Shown: positions 27,327 through 32,000 of the stretch, piece by piece
Layout of the letters: every line of letters begins with the position of its first letter
Position numbering within the stretch: the first letter of the stretch is position 1
DNA from: Mycobacterium tuberculosis H37Rv
Lineage (GTDB): Bacteria > Actinomycetota > Actinomycetes > Mycobacteriales > Mycobacteriaceae
NCBI RefSeq assembly: GCF_000195955.2
Contig: NC_000962.3
Span: forward strand, 450,001 to 482,000
Direction of reading: 5' to 3'
Length of the DNA: 32,000 nucleotides
Translations under genes and position numbers: made by a program
Notes under the pieces: model-generated
Seen by the model: the letters and a program-made list of their open reading frames with translations, nothing else
Database searches by the model: none
Told to the model about the DNA's origin: nothing

Positions 27327-28556
27327 CTACCTCCCCGGCGGCATGGGTGGGGCGTCGTTCGGTGCTACCTCGGCACCGATCTTGCGAAATAGTATGTCGG
27401 CCTGGTTGCGGTAGTTGCCCTGGTCATCGAAGGCCTCGGGGGCGTAGGTGACTGCGACCGCCACCGCGACCCGTTGCGACGGCAGATAGGCCTCCACCGC
27501 GGCGTAACCGGCGAACATGGGATTTTGCAGCAGCCAATGGCCGGATATGACGATCCCGAGACCATAGCTGTAGCCGTCGTTCTGCTCGAAGCAGGTGGGG
27601 CAGCCCGGCTGGGCGCGGGTCTTGCCGCGCAGCTCGGTCGACACCATCTTCTTGTACGAATCCGCCGAGAGCAGCCTGCCCGACCCGATCCCCACCGCGG
27701 TGGCCTCCATGTCGTAGATGGTGGTGGTTTGGATGGCGCCGTGGGTGATGGTCCACGACGGATTCCAGAAGGTCGATTCCTCGTAAAACGGCACGCCGGC
27801 AGGAATTTTCAAGGCCGCTCGGCGCTCGGAGGTGAATGCATGCAAGGCGGGCTCGGGGATGGCGGGGGTATCGGAGTTGGCGGTGGCCGTGAGGCCCAGG
27901 GGGGAAAGGACCTTGCGCTGCAGCAGGGTTGGCATGTCTTGGCCGGCGGCCTTCTCCAACGCCAGCCCCAGCAAGAGGTAATTGGTGTGCGCGTAGTTCC
28001 AGTTGGTGCCCGGGTCGTAAAGCAGTGGCCGTGAAGAGATTTGATCGAGTAACTCTTGTGTTGTCCACTGCCGGAACGGATTAGCGTAAAGCTCGGCATC
28101 AAACGCCTCGTTGCCGAGGACGTAGTCGGGGTAGCCGGATGTCATCTGCGCTAGTTGACCCAGCGTGACCCGGTCGGCGTGCGGAAAGTCGGGAAGCCAC
28201 CTGGACAGCTTGTCGTCCAGGCGCAGCTTTTTTTCGTCGACCAGTTTGAGCAACAGCGTCGCGACATAGGAGATTGCGACCGCGCCGTTGCGAAAGTGCA
28301 TGGCGGTGGTGGCCGGCACGCCGGTCATCGAGTCGCCGACGGCCCGCGTCACGACCTCCTTGCCGGCCACGGTGACCCGGACCAGCACCGCCTTCAGATG
28401 CGCTTGCGTCATGAAGTCACGCACAATCCGGATGACCGCGTCGGCCTTGGCCCCGTTGTTGGTCGGCGACGAAGCCGGCCCGGTGCGGGGTGGGGCGCAG
28501 CCGGCCAGCAGCCCGAGAGCCAGGACCGAACACCCGAGGCGCCGCAAGACGGGCAT
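27327..28556 (-). CDS. lpqK: Lipoprotein LpqK with a serine beta-lactamase/esterase-type fold (Rv0399c)
   Basis: 409 aa; LLAGC lipobox; HFRNGAVAISYVATLLLKLVDEKKLRLDDKLSRWLPDFPHADRVTLGQLAQMTSGYPDY matches the beta-lactamase-related family framework. Confidence 0.9.
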   Translation of the reverse strand: MPVLRRLGCSVLALGLLAGCAPPRTGPASSPTNNGAKADAVIRIVRDFMTQAHLKAVLVRVTVAGKEVVTRAVGDSMTGVPATTAMHFRNGAVAISYVATLLLKLVDEKKLRLDDKLSRWLPDFPHADRVTLGQLAQMTSGYPDYVLGNEAFDAELYANPFRQWTTQELLDQISSRPLLYDPGTNWNYAHTNYLLLGLALEKAAGQDMPTLLQRKVLSPLGLTATANSDTPAIPEPALHAFTSERRAALKIPAGVPFYEESTFWNPSWTITHGAIQTTTIYDMEATAVGIGSGRLLSADSYKKMVSTELRGKTRAQPGCPTCFEQNDGYSYGLGIVISGHWLLQNPMFAGYAAVEAYLPSQRVAVAVAVTYAPEAFDDQGNYRNQADILFRKIGAEVAPNDAPPMPPGR

Positions 28557-28565
28557 GCGACGGTC

Positions 28566-29756
28566 CTACCGGAAGGCGGCCAAGCCCGTGAAGGCCTGAC
28601 CGAGCACCAGCTGATGCATCTCGGGCGTGCCCTCGTAGGTGAGCACCGACTCCAGGTTGACCATGTGCCGGATGACCGGGTACTCCAGCGATATCCCGTT
28701 GCCGCCCAGTATTGTTCGAGCGGTCCGGCAGATTTTGAGCGCTTCCCGGGTGTTGTTGAGCTTGCCGAAGCTGACCTGATCGGGGCGCAGGCCCACCCTG
28801 TCTTTGAGGCGCCCCAGATGCAACGACAGCAGCTGACCCTTGTGCAGTTCCACGGCCATGTCGACGAGCTTGGCCTGGGTCAGCTGGAAGCCGGCGATCG
28901 GACGTCCGAACTGGGTGCGCTGTCTCGCGTAGTCGAGCGCGCACTGCCAGGCCGACCTGGCCGCGCCCATCGCTCCCCAGACGATCCCGTAGCGCGCCTC
29001 CGACAGGCATGCCAGCGGCGCCCTGAGGCCGGTCGCGCCGGGCAGCATGGCGTCGGCGGGCAGCCGGACATTGTCGAGCACCAGCTCGCTGGTGATCGAC
29101 GCCCGCAGCGACAGCTTGTGACCGATGGTGTTGGCGGTGAAACCCGGGGTGTCGGTGGGCACGATGAATCCGCGGATTCCGTCGTCGGTGGCGGCCCACA
29201 CGATCGCCACGTCGGCGACCGAGCCGTTGGTGATCCACATCTTGCCCCCGGTGATCACCCAGTCCGGACCATCGCGTCGCGCCCGGGTTTTCATCGCGGC
29301 CGGGTCGGAGCCGACGTCGGGCTCGGTGAGCCCGAAGCAGCCGAGCAGGTCACCGGTGGCCATGCCGGGCAGCCACTGCCGCTTTTGCTCGTCGGAGCCA
29401 AAGCTCGCGATGGCGAACATCGCCAGCGAACCCTGTACCGACACCAGCGACCGGATGCCGGAGTCGGCGGCCTCCAGCTCCCGGCAGGCCAGGCCATAGT
29501 GCACCGCCGACGCGCCGCCACAGCCGTGGCCGTGCAGCTGCATTCCCAGCAGTCCGAGTTCGCCGAACTGTTTGGCCAAATCGCGCGCGACCGGTAGGTC
29601 GCCGTCCTCGAACCACGCCGCGACGTGCGGGGTGACGTGTTCGGCGCAGAACCGCCTGACGGTGTCGCGGACGGCGATCTCGTCGCTGGATAGCGACGCG
29701 TCCAGTCCCAGCGGGTCGTCGCGGTCAAGGGCGGGTGGTGTCGGGGTGCTCATCAC
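28566..29756 (-). CDS. fadE7: Acyl-CoA dehydrogenase FadE7, glutaryl-CoA-dehydrogenase-like (Rv0400c)
   Basis: 396 aa; CFGLTEPDVGSDP, WVITGGKMWITNG, and LTYEGTPEMHQLVLGQAFTG with the likely catalytic Glu. Confidence 0.92.
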   Translation of the reverse strand: MMSTPTPPALDRDDPLGLDASLSSDEIAVRDTVRRFCAEHVTPHVAAWFEDGDLPVARDLAKQFGELGLLGMQLHGHGCGGASAVHYGLACRELEAADSGIRSLVSVQGSLAMFAIASFGSDEQKRQWLPGMATGDLLGCFGLTEPDVGSDPAAMKTRARRDGPDWVITGGKMWITNGSVADVAIVWAATDDGIRGFIVPTDTPGFTANTIGHKLSLRASITSELVLDNVRLPADAMLPGATGLRAPLACLSEARYGIVWGAMGAARSAWQCALDYARQRTQFGRPIAGFQLTQAKLVDMAVELHKGQLLSLHLGRLKDRVGLRPDQVSFGKLNNTREALKICRTARTILGGNGISLEYPVIRHMVNLESVLTYEGTPEMHQLVLGQAFTGLAAFR

Positions 29757-29788
29757 TCAATACTGCCCCGGCCCGGTAGCCTCGCGGC

Positions 29789-30160
29789 ATGCGACCACGG
29801 CGCGCGCTGGCGGGGCTGGCCGCCGACGTCGTCGCCGTGCTGGTGTTCTGCGCGGTGGGACGTCGCAGCCACGCCGAAGGACTGAGCGTCACCGGCCTGG
29901 CGGCTACGGCATGGCCATTTCTCACCGGCACTGGTATCGGTTGGGTGCTGGCTCGCGGCTGGCGGCGGCCGACCGCCCTCGCCCCCACGGGGGTGATCGT
30001 GTGGCTGTGCACCATCGTGGTCGGCATGGTGTTACGCAAGGTCAGTTCGGCGGGTGTGGCCGCGAGTTTCGTCGTGGTCGCGTCCGCGGTCACCGCGGTG
30101 CTGCTGCTGGGTTGGAGAGCCGCCGTTGCGCTGATGGCACCGCACCGCGCGGACGGCTGA
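29789..30160 (+). CDS. Integral membrane protein, DUF3054-like (Rv0401-like)
   Basis: 123 aa with about four hydrophobic segments; divergent from fadE7. Confidence 0.82.
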   Translation: MRPRRALAGLAADVVAVLVFCAVGRRSHAEGLSVTGLAATAWPFLTGTGIGWVLARGWRRPTALAPTGVIVWLCTIVVGMVLRKVSSAGVAASFVVVASAVTAVLLLGWRAAVALMAPHRADG

Positions 30161-30354
30161 GAAGGCCAAATGTCGTCGGGGTGTTCGCCGACCCCGGGAT
30201 TTCCGACGTCCGCCTCCGTGCCCTCGAAGTCTCAGTACCGAGCCAGATTTCACGGTCGAGACCCCAACCAACAGGTCAGCGCGGTGCCACCGCGATCGTG
30301 ATGTTGGCGCAGGTATGGGCCGCGACCTGTCGAGCTACGACCCGGGCCGTGCCG

Positions 30355-32000
30355 CTACTGCAGCAGCGCTGCGCGTTCCGCACTGAGCGCAGTGGTGCGA
30401 CGAGGCCCGAGCACCTGGGGTTGTCGGGCTAGCCGATCCACCCGACGTGGCCACCAGAACCAGCGGCCGAGCAGAGTTGCCAGCGCAGGCGTCATGTAAG
30501 ACCGGACAACGAGGGTGTCGAACAGCAATCCGATCATGATCGTGGTGCCGATTTGGCCGACGACGCGTAGATCGCTGGCCACCATCGAGCCCATGGTGAA
30601 GGCAAACACCAGTCCGGCGATGGTGACCACTCGGCCGGTGCCGGCCATGGCTCGGATCATGCCGGTTTTGAGGCCGGCCCCGATTTCTTCTTGGAATCGG
30701 GCTATCAAGAGCAGGTTGTAGTCGGATCCGACGGCCAACATGACAATGATGGCCATGGGCAGCACGAGCCAGTGCAGTGGCATATGCAGGATGTGCTGCC
30801 AGATGAGGACCGACAATCCGAAGGCTGAGCCCAGCGAAAGGGCGACCGTGCCGACGATGACGGCGGATGCGACCACGCTTCTGGTGATGCCGAGCATGAT
30901 GATGAAGATCAGGCAAAGCGACGCCACGACGGCGATCATGACGTCATACAGGGTGCCCTCGTGGATGTCTTTGTAGGTGGATGAGGTGCCCGCCAGATAG
31001 ATGCTGGCAGCCTGTAGCGGGGTTCCTTTCACGGCTTCGTCGGCGGCCTGCATGATGGGGTCGATGTGTGAGATGCCTTCAGCGCTCGCGGGATCACCCC
31101 GATGGGTGATGACGAATCGAGCGCAGGTGCCATCGGGGGATAGGAAGAGTTTCAGACCCCGCTGGAAGTCGGGGTTTTGGAAGGCCTCCGGTGGAAGGTA
31201 GAACGAGTCGTCGTTGTTGGCGGCGTCGAATGTTCGACCCATGACGGTGGCGTTGCGGGTCATGTCTTCCATTTGAGTGACCAGTCCGGAGAACGCGCTG
31301 GTCAGTGTTTGGGCAAGGTCTTTGACGGTTTGCATGGTGGCGATCGTGGGGTCCAGTTGGGCGAGTAGTTGCCGCTGTGTGGTGTCCATGCGTTCGGTGT
31401 CGTCGGTGAGGTTGGCAAGGTCCTCGGTGAGCTTGTCGACGTTATCCATGCTGTTCAACAAGGAGCGCATCGACCAGCAGATGGGAATGTCGAAGCAGTG
31501 GCGCTCCCAGTACGTGAAACTTCTGAGGGGGCGCCAGAAGTCGTCGAAATCGGCGATTCGATCGCGTAGTTCGTTGGCGTTGTCTCGCATCTGCCTGGTA
31601 TGAGCGTTCATATCATGGGTGGCATCGGTTAGCTGTCGCGTCAGCTCCTGGGTTCGCTGGGTGATGTCGATCATGCGTTGCAGTTGATCGGTAAGGGTGG
31701 ATAGATCAGCCACGCGGTCCTTGAGGTTCTGCAGGTTTTCGATGGTCATCGTGCTTTGCATGCCGAGCTGAAACGGGATCGACGAGTGGTCGATCGGAGC
31801 CCCCAACGGTCTGGTAATGCTTTGCACCCGCGCGATCCCCGGCGTATGGAAGACGGTTTTGGCGATCCTGTCCAGGATGAGCATGTCGGTCGGGTTACGC
31901 AGGTCGTGATCGGCCTCGACCATCAGGACCTCCGGTTCCATGCGGGCTTGCGGAAAGTGACGGTCTGATGCGAGGTAACCGATGTTGGATGGCGCCGCGC
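30355..32000 (-). CDS. mmpL1: RND-family MmpL transporter, C-terminal part; 5' end lies outside the window (Rv0402c, MmpL1)
   Basis: Frame stays open from the stop at 30355 to the window edge ([42 protein letters not shown]...). [15 protein letters not shown] and WFWWPRR motifs typical of MmpL. Confidence 0.93.

Noticed and set aside
28155-29597. 480-aa plus-strand ORF
   Set aside because: Antisense shadow of lpqK and fadE7, His/Arg/Gln-rich composition typical of reverse-frame artefacts.

Overview
The window looks like Mycobacterium tuberculosis-complex chromosome, matching the Rv0373c to Rv0402c neighbourhood. The assignment rests on recognising encoded proteins and gene order; no search was run. 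Order: 3' part of a form I CO dehydrogenase operon (coxL-coxS-coxM plus an XdhC/CoxI-like gene) with a divergent LysR regulator; an orphan Gly-rich PGRS-like ORF; a dodecin gene (usually labelled secE2); a TrmH/SpoU-type methyltransferase; a candidate lipoprotein; pyrE; the TtfA-like gene Rv0383c; clpB with a HAIR/SigH-like promoter; a flavohemoglobin-like gene; the multidomain adenylyl cyclase/NB-ARC/LuxR gene Rv0386; a PPE gene apparently split by a frameshift (Rv0388c/Rv0387c); purT-rhodanese-metZ; ndhA; two damaged 13E12 copies around a small accessory segment (Rv0394c-Rv0396); secreted proteins; lpqK; fadE7; a membrane protein; and the 3' part of mmpL1. I found no clear evidence of a wholly new system, CRISPR array, tRNA or rRNA. 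The best second-look items are two related long-stem inverted repeats with 16-nt loops, an apparently catalytically dead LpqK, a one-base frameshift in the 13E12 gene, the split PPE gene, a 9-bp tandem repeat upstream of ndhA, a HAIR box overlapping a SigH-like -35 upstream of clpB, and a broken PLD-like ORF pair between the 13E12 copies.
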